Assembly (NCBI GenBank): GCA_963666215.2
Contig: CAXWPL010000004.1
Location: forward strand, 32,001 to 96,000
DNA from: Acidobacteriota bacterium
GTDB lineage: Bacteria > Acidobacteriota > UBA890 > WLXD01
DNA: 64,000 nucleotides
Reading direction: 5' to 3'
This document shows positions 1 to 9,207 of this stretch, piece after piece (the first letter of the stretch is position 1; the number at the start of each line of letters is the position of its first letter). The notes under the pieces are model-generated. The model was not told where the DNA came from and ran no database searches. It saw only the letters and a program-made list of their open reading frames with translations. The position numbers and the translations under genes are program-made.

Positions 1-1
1 G

Positions 2-148
2 CGGCTGCGCGGCCGCTTCGCGCTGCGCTTCGCGATTGGCAACCTGCGGACGACAGACGCCGATGTGGCGCACGCCTGGGAGCTGATCCAGTCAAAGGCG
101 GCCTCTCTCGGGGCGCCCACCACGAGCGGGGTCGTCTCAAGGAGCTAA
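2..148 (+). CDS. 3' end of a PLP-dependent (group II, aromatic amino acid-type) decarboxylase, partial
   Basis: Frame 2 reads RLRGRFALRFAIGNLRTTDADVAHAWELIQ...TAA(146-148), the typical C-terminus of group II decarboxylases. Confidence 0.75.
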   Translation, partial: RLRGRFALRFAIGNLRTTDADVAHAWELIQSKAASLGAPTTSGVVSRS

Positions 149-182
149 CACGACCGCGCAGCTGGCAACTCCGGGAGGACTC

Positions 183-1421
183 CTAAAGAGCTACTCCCTC
201 GCCTCGGATGACGGCCTCGATGTCGGGCAACACCTCTTCGAGGATCTCCTGCGTAATCACCAGCGGTGGCGCAAAGCGGATCACCTGCTCGTGAGTCTCT
301 TTGGCGAGAATGCCGCGAGCCATGAGCTCTTCGCAGAACGGTCGGGCGGGACCCGAAGACCGCTTGATCACGACGCCAACCATGAACCCGCGACCACGTA
401 CCAGCTCTACGTGTGGCGACCCCACCGCGCGCAGTCGGTCGACGAACCAGGACCCGAGCTCATCGGCCCGCTGTGGCAACCGCTCGTCCACAAGCACATC
501 GAGCGCGGCGCAGCCGACGGCAGCGGCGAGAGGGTTGCCCCCGAAAGTCGAGCCGTGATCGCCCGGGTGGAATACACCCATGATCTCGCTGTCGGCAAGT
601 ACCGCTGACACCGGATACACGCCGCCGCCAAGCGCCTTGCCGAGAATCAGCACGTCGGGTCGAACGTCTTCCCACTCGCAGGCGAGCAGCTTGCCGGTGC
701 GCCCGAGTCCAGTCTGCACCTCGTCGGCAATGAAAAGAACATTGTGCTCGCGGCACAGCTCCGCGGCGGCCGCAAGGAAGCCGTCGGGAGGCATCACAAC
801 GCCGCCCTCGCCCTGAATCGGCTCGACCAGAAATCCAACGGTGTTGTCGTTGATCGCGCCGCGCAGCGCTTCGAGGTCGCCGTACGGCACGCTCGGGAAT
901 CCGGGTGTGAACGGACCGAATCCGTCGCGCGCCTGTGAGTCGGTGGAAAAGCCGACGATCGTGGTCGTGCGACCGTGGAAGTTGCCTTCGCAGGTGATGA
1001 TCTCCGCCGCGCCCTCGGCGACACCCTTCACCTTGTAGCCCCACTTGCGCGTGGTCTTGATGGCCGTCTCCACCGCTTCGGCACCGGTGTTCATCGGCAA
1101 CGCTCGCTCGTAGCCCATGAGGCCACAGAGCTTCTCCAGAAAGCCGCCCATCTGATCGTTGTGGAAGGCGCGTGAAGTCAGCGTCAGCTTGTCGGCCTGC
1201 TCCTTGAGCGCCCCGACAATGCTGGCGTGGCAGTGCCCCTGGTTGACGGCGGAGTAGGCCGCCAGGCAATCGAGATAGCGCTTGCCCTCGACGTCCCAAA
1301 CCCACACCCCTTCACCCCGTGTCAGAACCACGGGAAGAGGGTGGTAGTTGTGCGCACCCCAACGCTCGGAAGTCTCGATGTAGGAGGCGCTCTGGGATGC
1401 TACTGCGGTTGACTCGGACAT
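183..1421 (-). CDS. rocD: ornithine--oxo-acid aminotransferase
   Basis: GAHNYHPLPVV, YSAVNQGHCH, PMNTGAEAVETA, EPIQGEGG, DEVQTGLGRTG, GKALGGG, HGSTFGGNPL. Confidence 0.95.
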   Translation of the reverse strand: MSESTAVASQSASYIETSERWGAHNYHPLPVVLTRGEGVWVWDVEGKRYLDCLAAYSAVNQGHCHASIVGALKEQADKLTLTSRAFHNDQMGGFLEKLCGLMGYERALPMNTGAEAVETAIKTTRKWGYKVKGVAEGAAEIITCEGNFHGRTTTIVGFSTDSQARDGFGPFTPGFPSVPYGDLEALRGAINDNTVGFLVEPIQGEGGVVMPPDGFLAAAAELCREHNVLFIADEVQTGLGRTGKLLACEWEDVRPDVLILGKALGGGVYPVSAVLADSEIMGVFHPGDHGSTFGGNPLAAAVGCAALDVLVDERLPQRADELGSWFVDRLRAVGSPHVELVRGRGFMVGVVIKRSSGPARPFCEELMARGILAKETHEQVIRFAPPLVITQEILEEVLPDIEAVIRGEGVAL

Positions 1422-1667
1422 GGCTCGGGATCCGTTGGAATCTGACGGAGTGGAAGGGCTCGAAGAGCAGGCGCCGGGCGGTCAGAGCCGGTCGCGAGGG
1501 GGCACCCGAACTGTGCGGGCGCCGCAGGCGCAGGCTACCATAGGGGCCTGCGCTCGGGTAACGTTGCCGGACCTTTGGCGGCCAAGTCGCGCCGCCCCGA
1601 ACTTGAGCCAAGCCAAACAAGACATTCTGGCAGGCGCGCATGAGCGCGGCCTGGGAGATCCGAGACC

Positions 1668-2168
1668 ATGACCAACGTCGCACGTCGTCTATCGTTCCTG
1701 TTGCTGATCCTGTTTGTCGGCGTCGCTGTCGCCTGCGCCCCCGTTGAGGAGCCCGCCGACCCGACGCCAGAGCCGGAGCCGGAGGCCAGCGCTCCGGCCG
1801 CCCCGCCGGCTGAGGCGCCCCCGGCGGAGGCTCCGCCCGAGGACAACACTCCCGCCGCGCCGCAGCTGCAGGGCAACATCATCATCAGCCAGGACGAATT
1901 CGACTGGCAGAACACCACCCAGGACAACACCGGCTTCTGGTGGCAGATGAACGTCAACAACGACACCACCCAGACGCTCCGGATCACCGTCAAGTTCACC
2001 TTCCTCGACGAGAGCGACGATGCCGTGCGCTCCGAGGAAGAGACCATCCGCCTGGCGCCCGCCACATCACGAATGGTGCGGGGCGAGGGCACGATGAACT
2101 GGGATCAGGCGAATCAGATCGTCAGCTACTTGGCCGAGTACCTCTCGTTCGACATCGTCGACTCGTAG
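1668..2168 (+). CDS. lipoprotein with Pro/Ala/Glu linker and FxLYD-like Ig domain
   Basis: Signal peptide with lipobox VAVA-C, PAPE-rich linker, VKFTFLDESD motif. Confidence 0.7.
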   Translation: MTNVARRLSFLLLILFVGVAVACAPVEEPADPTPEPEPEASAPAAPPAEAPPAEAPPEDNTPAAPQLQGNIIISQDEFDWQNTTQDNTGFWWQMNVNNDTTQTLRITVKFTFLDESDDAVRSEEETIRLAPATSRMVRGEGTMNWDQANQIVSYLAEYLSFDIVDS

Positions 2169-2253
2169 GCGCGCCCGCAAGAATCCGGCAACGGCGTCGC
2201 GGCGAGACCGCGCGGCAGGTCTCCGCAGTGTGGCGATCTAGCAGCGTAGCAGC

Positions 2254-3453
2254 TCAGGCTCGCGCCGCGAGCTCGGGAGCAGGCGTCACGATGCCTTTCG
2301 ACTCGAGTGTTTCTTGCGATTCGAGCGCCCCGTTCGATTCGAGCGCTCCTTTTGATGCGAGCACAGTGCCGATCTCTCTCAAAAGGAATTCCACCTCAGA
2401 GCTCTCGATCGAACGGCCCATGTGACCGACGCGGATGATCTTGCCGCTCAGCGCGTCCAGTCCGCCCGAGATATAGATACGTCGCTCGGCCAGTGTCGAC
2501 ACGAGCTCGGCGGCCGGCAACTTGGGGTGAGCAAGCGCAGCCGTCGTAATCGGCGAAGCGTGGGCGTCGTCGCTGAACATCTCGAACCCGAGAGCGCGCA
2601 GGCCGGCTCGTGTACGCTCCGCCGCCTGCCGCGTGCGCTCAACTCGATGGTCGAGGCCCTCTTCGAGAATCTGGGCCACGCTCAGATCAAGCGCGAAGAG
2701 CACACCGGTCGGCACTGTTGTCGGAAAGGGGTGCCAGTCGGCCCACTCGGTGTCGTAGCGCCGCCATGTTCGCAGGTCGAAGTACCAGCCGCGAGAGTCG
2801 GGGTTGGCATCGATAGCGGCCCAGGCTTGGGGGCTCACCGTCACCGCCGCAAGGCCTGGCTGCGACGCCAGACCCTTGTTCGAGACGCTGACGCACAGGT
2901 CGACGCACCAGTCGTCCACCCGCATGTCGGCTCCCCCTAGAGAGGAGACCGCGTCGATGATCGAAAGCACGCCGTTCTCCCGCGCAGCTGTCGAAATCGA
3001 CTGAACCGGGTTGAGCACACCTGTGGAGGTCTCGTGGTGCACCCACGCGACGGCGGCAGGACGCGGCTCCAGCGCCAGGCGGGCGGCCACGGCGGCGCCA
3101 TCGATCGGCGCCCCAAGGGGAAATTCCATCACCTCGACACGGGCGCGGTGGGCCCGACACATCTGCTGCAGGCGCTCGCCGAAGTAACCGTTGCTGAGCA
3201 CCAGCACAGGCGCGCCATCGGGGAGCGCGCTGGCCATCGCCGCGTCGAGAGCTCCCGTCCCCGGGCCCACCATCAGGTAAAGATCGTTCGTCGTGCGAAA
3301 AACCTCGCGTAGACGCGCGCGGCAGCCGTTGTACGCAGCAACGAACTCGGGCCCGTAGTGCGGCACGATCGGCTGTGCGAGCGCTTCCAGGACATCTGGA
3401 TCGGCACCCGCGGGCCCTGGAATGAAGAGGTGAACGTCCTGCCGATGGGTCAA
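2254..3453 (-). CDS. alanine/serine--glyoxylate aminotransferase family (class V)
   Basis: LFIPGP, NGYFGER, HHETSTGVLN, DAVSSLGG, SNKGLA (PLP Lys), IRVGHMG; C-terminal GALES repeats. Confidence 0.9.
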   Translation of the reverse strand: MTHRQDVHLFIPGPAGADPDVLEALAQPIVPHYGPEFVAAYNGCRARLREVFRTTNDLYLMVGPGTGALDAAMASALPDGAPVLVLSNGYFGERLQQMCRAHRARVEVMEFPLGAPIDGAAVAARLALEPRPAAVAWVHHETSTGVLNPVQSISTAARENGVLSIIDAVSSLGGADMRVDDWCVDLCVSVSNKGLASQPGLAAVTVSPQAWAAIDANPDSRGWYFDLRTWRRYDTEWADWHPFPTTVPTGVLFALDLSVAQILEEGLDHRVERTRQAAERTRAGLRALGFEMFSDDAHASPITTAALAHPKLPAAELVSTLAERRIYISGGLDALSGKIIRVGHMGRSIESSEVEFLLREIGTVLASKGALESNGALESQETLESKGIVTPAPELAARA

Positions 3454-3542
3454 GATGCCTCCCGCGCTCGCCAGCGATTCTTGCCAGCCGCGAGCATAGC
3501 AGCAGGGTGAACAGGCTCGTTTTCGCCGGCCGCCGAGACCAA

Positions 3543-3561
3543 GTGTCCGATTCTGGGACGC
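3543..3561. promoter_or_regulatory. candidate enhancer (UAS) for the downstream NtrC-family activator
   Basis: Imperfect palindrome GTGTCC-N7-GGACGC about 110-125 bp upstream of the -24/-12 box. Confidence 0.5.
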
Positions 3562-3626
3562 AGCCTTCCCGCAGACGAACAGCAGTGTGCCTTGTCGTTT
3601 GCCCGGCCTGCTGGCAAACTCTTGGG

Positions 3627-3639
3627 TATCAAGCAGTTA
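3627..3639 (+). promoter_or_regulatory. IHF binding site
   Basis: TATCAAGCAGTTA matches WATCAANNNNTTR exactly and lies between the UAS and the sigma-54 box. Confidence 0.65.
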
Positions 3640-3667
3640 TGGGAATCTGGCTGGGCTAGCCGAAGGG

Positions 3668-3683
3668 TGGCACGCGTCTTGCA
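3668..3683 (+). promoter_or_regulatory. sigma-54 (-24/-12) promoter
   Basis: TGGCACGCGTCTTGCA = TGGCACG-N4-TTGCA, 46 bp upstream of ATG 3730. Confidence 0.85.
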
Positions 3684-3729
3684 TCCCCTACCCGCATAAA
3701 GAGCGTTCCCGCAGCCCGAGAACTTCACA

Positions 3730-4980
3730 ATGGTAGACATCAAGCGCCCGCCGCCAAGCAAGATCAAGAAATACATATTGAGTGGCGTTGGGGTTATCGC
3801 CCTCGTCGTCATCACGATCGGAATCTCCCGGCTCGAGCCGGCACCACCATCCGTCGACCGCGCCACGCTTTGGTTCGGCAAGGTGGAACGCGGCGAGCTC
3901 GTCCGACAGGTTCGTGGCCCCGGCACGCTGGTTCCCGAAGAGATCCTGGTGGTCAGCGCCCGCACGGCGGGCCGCGTCGAGCGCAAGCTCGTCCTGCCGG
4001 GTGCGCACGTAACGCCCGACACCGTGATCATGGAGCTCTCCAACCCCGACTTGCAGCTTGCGGTGCAGAACGCCGAGTGGGAATGGCGCCGCGCGGAGTC
4101 GGCCTTCACCCAGCTGCGTGTTCAGCTCGAGCAGCAGAAGCTGCAGCAGGAGTCGCTTTCAGCGCAGGTGCAGGCGGCCTACCATCAGGCCCGCCTGACC
4201 GCCGATCGCGACAAACAGATGTTCGAGGAGGGACTCCGATCGCAGCTCACCATGGAGCTGTCGCGCACGCAGGCCGACGAGCTCGCTAATCGCGACCGCA
4301 TCGAGAAACAGCGCCTCGCCAACATGACCGAGAGCATCGATGCCCAGCTCGAGTCTCAGAGAGCGCAGGTCGACCAGCGCAACGGCGAGTACCGACTGCG
4401 CGCAGCCGAGATCGACGCGCTGTTCGTTCGACCACGGTCAACGGGTGTGCTGCGCGACATTCCAGTGGAGGAAGGTCAGCAGGTTGCGCCTGGCACCGAA
4501 GTCGCTCGCGTTGTCGACCCCAAGCGCCTCAAGGCCGAGCTGCGTATTTCTCAGACCCAGGCTGGCGAGGTTGCGGTTGGCCAGGCCGCGGTCATCGACA
4601 CTCGCGCCGGCTTGGTACCTGGGCGCGTCACGCGCATCGACCCGGCGGTTGTGCAGGGGACGGTCACGGTTGACGTGCAACTGCTTGCCGACGAACTGCC
4701 AGCCAACGCGCGACCGGACCTCAGCGTCGACGGCCGTATCGAGATCGAGCGCCTCCCAGACGTCAAGTTCGTCGATCGCCCTGGCTTCGGTCAAGCCAAC
4801 CAATCGGTCGGCCTCTTCAAGGTGATCAACGACGGCAACGGCGCGGTGCGCACCACAGTGCGCTTCGGCGCCAGCTCGGTTGACAAGATCGTCGTGCTCG
4901 AAGGCCTCGAGGTCGGCGACGAGATCGTGTTGTCGGACCTCTCTCGCTACGACACGGCCGACCGACTACGCATTCGCTAG
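3730..4980 (+). CDS. HlyD-family efflux periplasmic adaptor (MFP)
   Basis: N-terminal TM, VERGELVRQVRGPGTLVP, coiled-coil hairpin, RIDPAVVQGTVTVD, GLEVGDEIVLSD. Confidence 0.9.
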   Translation: MVDIKRPPPSKIKKYILSGVGVIALVVITIGISRLEPAPPSVDRATLWFGKVERGELVRQVRGPGTLVPEEILVVSARTAGRVERKLVLPGAHVTPDTVIMELSNPDLQLAVQNAEWEWRRAESAFTQLRVQLEQQKLQQESLSAQVQAAYHQARLTADRDKQMFEEGLRSQLTMELSRTQADELANRDRIEKQRLANMTESIDAQLESQRAQVDQRNGEYRLRAAEIDALFVRPRSTGVLRDIPVEEGQQVAPGTEVARVVDPKRLKAELRISQTQAGEVAVGQAAVIDTRAGLVPGRVTRIDPAVVQGTVTVDVQLLADELPANARPDLSVDGRIEIERLPDVKFVDRPGFGQANQSVGLFKVINDGNGAVRTTVRFGASSVDKIVVLEGLEVGDEIVLSDLSRYDTADRLRIR

Positions 4981-5089
4981 AGACAAGCTCGCACCAGAGA
5001 CAAGCTCGCCCACATTCCATTCTCGAGGAACCACGGAACCGCCGCGGCTTAGAGCGGCACCAGCCCGCTACCGCGAACACGGAGGCAAT

Positions 5090-5782
5090 ATGAGCGACGC
5101 CCTGATCGACATGCAGGGAATACGGAAGGTGTTCTACACCGAGGAAGTCGAAACGCACGCTCTCTCGGACGTGGAGCTCGCGATAGCGCCAGGCGAGTTC
5201 GTCTCGATCGCCGGGCCCTCGGGCTCGGGCAAGACGACGCTGCTCTCAATCCTCGGCCTGTTGGACACGCCGACCGACGGCGAGTACCAGCTGAACGGCA
5301 ACCCGGTGGCCAACCTCACGGCCTCGGAGCGCGCCCGTGTGCGCAACCGTGAGATCGGCTTCATCGTCCAGAGCTTCAACCTCATCGGCGACCTCAACGT
5401 GTACGAGAACGTCGAGCTACCGCTCACCTACCGCGGCATGTCCTCGTCGGAGCGCCGCGAGCGCGCCAACGCGGCTCTCGATCGCGTGGGCATGACGCAT
5501 CGCGCCAAGCACATGCCGAGCCAGCTCTCCGGTGGTCAGCAGCAGCGCGTGGCGGTTGCCCGCGCCGTCTGTGGCGACCCGTCGATTCTTCTGGCGGACG
5601 AGCCCACGGGTAACCTCGACTCGGGCAATGCCAGCGCCGTCATGGACCTCATGTCGGAGCTGCACCAGGGTGGCGCGACGATCTGCATGGTCACCCACGA
5701 TCCGCGCTGGACCAACTACGCCGATCGCACGGTCCATCTTTTCGACGGCATGGTGGTCGACGAAAAGACGGCGGTCGTCTAG
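5090..5782 (+). CDS. MacB/LolD-type ABC transporter ATP-binding protein
   Basis: GGAGG RBS before ATG 5090; GPSGSGKT, LSGGQQQRVA, LADEPTGNLD, VTHD. Confidence 0.95.
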   Translation: MSDALIDMQGIRKVFYTEEVETHALSDVELAIAPGEFVSIAGPSGSGKTTLLSILGLLDTPTDGEYQLNGNPVANLTASERARVRNREIGFIVQSFNLIGDLNVYENVELPLTYRGMSSSERRERANAALDRVGMTHRAKHMPSQLSGGQQQRVAVARAVCGDPSILLADEPTGNLDSGNASAVMDLMSELHQGGATICMVTHDPRWTNYADRTVHLFDGMVVDEKTAVV

Positions 5783-5892
5783 CGATCGTCCGAAGGTCCA
5801 TGGGAATGATCCTGGGGGTCTCCTGAAGAGATCCTCGAGATCGGGCGCGGCCAGAGACGGTATCTGGCCGCTACTCCGCCGAGTCGGACACT

Positions 5893-7266
5893 ATGAACGC
5901 GACGGCAAACGGGTCCCCACGGGTGCTGGTCGCCGGCGACCAGAAAGACGTCCTCGAGGCCCTACGCCTGCTACTCAAAGGCGAGGGCCTCGACGTCGAA
6001 ACTGTCACGTCGCCGGCAGGTGTGCTCGGTGCGCTGCACGCGCGCGACTTCGACGCGCTGCTGATGGATCTCAACTACGCGCGTGACACAACGTCAGGGC
6101 GCGAAGGCCTCGACCTGCTGCCGCAGCTGCGCGAGCTCGACACCACACTGCCCGTCATCGTGATGACGGCGTGGGGCAGCGTTGAGGGCGCGGTGGAGGC
6201 GATGCGCCAGGGCGCTCGCGACTACATCGAGAAGCCGTGGGACAACGCCCGGCTCATGGCAACGCTCAAGACGCAGATCGAGCTTGGCCAGGCGCTCAGA
6301 CGCAGCGAGCATCTCGAGCACGAAAACCGGCTGCTGCGCCGCGACGGGTTGCCCGAGCTCATCGCCGAGTCGCGCGCCATGCAACCCGTGCTCGATCTGA
6401 TGGAGCGCGTCGCGCCCTCCGACGCCAACGTCCTGGTGACCGGCGAGCACGGCACGGGTAAGGACGTGGTGGCGCGCTGGCTGCACGCCACCTCGCACCG
6501 CGCCGAAGAGCCTCTCGTCACGGTTGACGTTGGCGCCATGTCGGAGGGTGTGTTCGAAAGTGAGCTGTTCGGTCACGTCAAAGGCTCGTTCACCGATGCC
6601 CGCTCCGACCGCGTTGGTTACTTCGAGCTCGCCGACCGCGGCACGCTATTCCTCGACGAGATCGCCAATATCCCGACGAAACAGCAAGCGCGTTTCCTGC
6701 GCGTGCTCGAAACCGGCGAGCTGCAACGCGTGGGCTCGTCCAAGAGCCGCCGTGTGGATGTCCGCGTGCTATCGGCAACCAACGTCAACTTGGCAGCCGA
6801 AGTGGAGAGCGGTGGCTTTCGCGAGGACCTCCTGTACCGGCTGAACACCGTCGAGATCCGGCTGCCGCCACTGCGCGAGCGACGCGAAGACATCCCGTTA
6901 CTGGCGTCGCACTTCCTCAAGAAACAGCTGAAACGCTATCGACGCCAGCTCGACGGCTTCGACCGCGACGCGATGCAGGCCTTGCTCCAGCACCCTTGGC
7001 CTGGGAACGTTCGCGAGCTGCAGCACGTCGTCGAGCGCGCTGTGCTGCTCTCATCGCGCGAGAAGATCCGGCAGGAAGATCTCGGATTGCAGCCGCGCAG
7101 GGACCCGACCTCGTCACGACTCGAGGAGATGTCGCTCGACCAGGCTGAGCGTACACTCATCGAAACGGCGTTGGCGCGCAACGACGGCAACGTGAGCCGT
7201 GCGGCCGAGAGCCTCGGGCTCAGCCGCAGCGCGCTGTATCGGCGTCTGCATCGTTACGGGCTCTGA
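5893..7266 (+). CDS. sigma-54-dependent Fis-family response regulator
   Basis: Receiver domain (LLMDLNY), GEHGTGK, ESELFGHVKGSFTDA, WPGNVREL, Fis HTH. Confidence 0.95.
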   Translation: MNATANGSPRVLVAGDQKDVLEALRLLLKGEGLDVETVTSPAGVLGALHARDFDALLMDLNYARDTTSGREGLDLLPQLRELDTTLPVIVMTAWGSVEGAVEAMRQGARDYIEKPWDNARLMATLKTQIELGQALRRSEHLEHENRLLRRDGLPELIAESRAMQPVLDLMERVAPSDANVLVTGEHGTGKDVVARWLHATSHRAEEPLVTVDVGAMSEGVFESELFGHVKGSFTDARSDRVGYFELADRGTLFLDEIANIPTKQQARFLRVLETGELQRVGSSKSRRVDVRVLSATNVNLAAEVESGGFREDLLYRLNTVEIRLPPLRERREDIPLLASHFLKKQLKRYRRQLDGFDRDAMQALLQHPWPGNVRELQHVVERAVLLSSREKIRQEDLGLQPRRDPTSSRLEEMSLDQAERTLIETALARNDGNVSRAAESLGLSRSALYRRLHRYGL

Positions 7267-7330
7267 TCCAGCACGCCCGGCGGACTCCGCAACGGCCTGC
7301 TGGCGTCGGACCTAATCCGCGGAGCCGAAT

Positions 7331-8734
7331 ATGAGCTTGCCGACCACCAGCACCCGACATGCGGTGAGCTTCGATCACCGCATCTTGCTGCTGGCCTTGG
7401 CAGCCGGGCTGCCGGGCTCGACCTGCGCGCTCTGGCTTCTCTGGGACGGCGATTTCTCCAGCAAGGTGGTCTGGACGCTGGCGGTCGTGATCGTCTCCAG
7501 CTGGATCGGCTTCGCGCTCATTTTGCGGCAGCAGGTCGTGCGGCCTCTGCAGACGTTGTCGAACCTGCTGTCGGCGCTGCGCGAGGGCGACTTCTCGATT
7601 CGCGGCCGCGAAGCCCCGCTTGACGAGCCTCTCGAGCTCGCGATGGTCGAGCTCAACAGTCTGGGCGAGACCTTGCGACAACAGCGACTCGGAGCCGTCG
7701 AAGCGACGGTGCTGTTGAGCAAGGTCATGGGAGAGATCGACGTGGCCGTGTTCGCCTTCGACGCGAACAACCGCGTGCAGCTGGCGAATCGCGCCGCTGA
7801 ACGCCTTCTCGACAGGCCGGCCGATGAGCTCGTCGACCTACCGGCAAGCGATCTCGGGCTGCGGGAGTGCCTCGAAGGCCCACGCTCCCGCATCCTCGAC
7901 CTGAGCTTTCCGGCCGGCGCCGGCCGTTGGGAGATCCGGCGCGGCACGTTCCGGCAGGGAGGCCGCCCACATCAGCTCGTGGTGCTGTCCGACCTTACAC
8001 GCGCGCTCCGCGCCGAGGAGCGGCAGGCCTGGCAGCGCCTGGTGAAGGTGCTGCGGCATGAGATCAACAACTCGCTGGCGCCCATCCAATCGCTTGCCGA
8101 CAGCCTACGCATGCTGCTGCGCCGCGAGCCGCTGCCCGGTGACTGGAACGAGGACGTGCAAACCGGGCTTCGCGTCATCGCCGACCGTTCTGGAGGGCTC
8201 GGCCGGTTCATGTCGTCGTACGCACGACTCACGCAGCTGCCGGAGCCCGACCCGCTGCCGCTCGACGTCGACGACTGGGTCCGCCGCGTGGTTGCCCTCG
8301 AGTCACGCCTGCCCATTGAGGTCGTAGGCGGCCCCCCGATTCGTATACGCGCGGACGGCGACCAGCTCGACCAGTTGCTGATCAATATCCTCGCCAATGC
8401 CGTCGAAGCGGTGCTCGACGGCGACGGAAAAGGCGGCGTGCGACTCGGCTGGGCGTCCACCAACGGCAATCGCGCCGGCGGCAACCAGCTCGAGCTCGTG
8501 GTCGACGACGATGGCCCAGGGCTGCCGGGCAGTCAGAATCTCTTCGTGCCGTTCTTCACCACCAAGCCGGAGGGCTCGGGCATCGGCCTGGTTCTGAGTC
8601 GCCAAATCGCGGAAGCACACGGCGGAACACTGGCTCTCGAGAACCGCCTCGACAGCGGTGGCCGCCGCGCTCGCCTACGGCTACCACTCGATCGAGTGGA
8701 CGCGGCGGAGCTGCAAAAGAAGGCGTCGGCCTAG
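7331..8734 (+). CDS. NtrY-like sensor histidine kinase
   Basis: 2 TM, HAMP/PAS, HEINNSL H-box, NILANA, DDDGPG, FFTTK..GSGIGL. Confidence 0.93.
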   Translation: MSLPTTSTRHAVSFDHRILLLALAAGLPGSTCALWLLWDGDFSSKVVWTLAVVIVSSWIGFALILRQQVVRPLQTLSNLLSALREGDFSIRGREAPLDEPLELAMVELNSLGETLRQQRLGAVEATVLLSKVMGEIDVAVFAFDANNRVQLANRAAERLLDRPADELVDLPASDLGLRECLEGPRSRILDLSFPAGAGRWEIRRGTFRQGGRPHQLVVLSDLTRALRAEERQAWQRLVKVLRHEINNSLAPIQSLADSLRMLLRREPLPGDWNEDVQTGLRVIADRSGGLGRFMSSYARLTQLPEPDPLPLDVDDWVRRVVALESRLPIEVVGGPPIRIRADGDQLDQLLINILANAVEAVLDGDGKGGVRLGWASTNGNRAGGNQLELVVDDDGPGLPGSQNLFVPFFTTKPEGSGIGLVLSRQIAEAHGGTLALENRLDSGGRRARLRLPLDRVDAAELQKKASA

Positions 8735-9207
8735 CCGAAGTCGAGCTCCGCTCGGCGCCCCTTCGGGATCATGCACAACACCTCCTCGCCCAGGAGGTGT
8801 CCGCAACCGAGCGGCACTCCGAGGTAGCGCACGATCACATAGCCCCGGCTTGCTCCCTTGGCGTCGACGCCGGCCACCCCGACGTCGAGCGACGCGCCGC
8901 TGACAAACGCCCGCGCCGACGCCCGGTCGACCTCGACCGCGTTGCGCGTGACGAGAGTGCCGAGCTTCATCGCAGCCACTGAGGTCGGCTTCCAGACGGC
9001 GCCGCCAATCCTGACGAACGGAAACCCGACGCCGTCGATCGGACTGAGGTCGCCGGGATCGACCTCACGTGGGGCGAGCCAAATGGTGTCGCGACCTCGC
9101 TGGTAGGCAACGTAGCCGTCGAGCTGCTCCGGCGGCGCGGCGAAGCGTTCCTGCCACCACGCGACGACCGGCTCGCAGTCTACGGGTTCGAAGATCATGC
9201 CCGTCAT
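8731..9207 (-). CDS. NIP7/PUA-like RNA-binding partner of the RsmB/NOP methyltransferase
   Basis: ATG 9207 overlaps the upstream TGA (ATGA); WWQERF..., WKPTS, RNAVEVD...A..FV.G, GYVIV...PLGCG, IPKGRR. Confidence 0.7.
   Translation of the reverse strand: MTGMIFEPVDCEPVVAWWQERFAAPPEQLDGYVAYQRGRDTIWLAPREVDPGDLSPIDGVGFPFVRIGGAVWKPTSVAAMKLGTLVTRNAVEVDRASARAFVSGASLDVGVAGVDAKGASRGYVIVRYLGVPLGCGHLLGEEVLCMIPKGRRAELDFG

Noticed and set aside
4981-5010. AGACAAGCTCGC direct repeat as CRISPR or att site
   Set aside because: Only two short copies 17 bp apart; a simple local duplication
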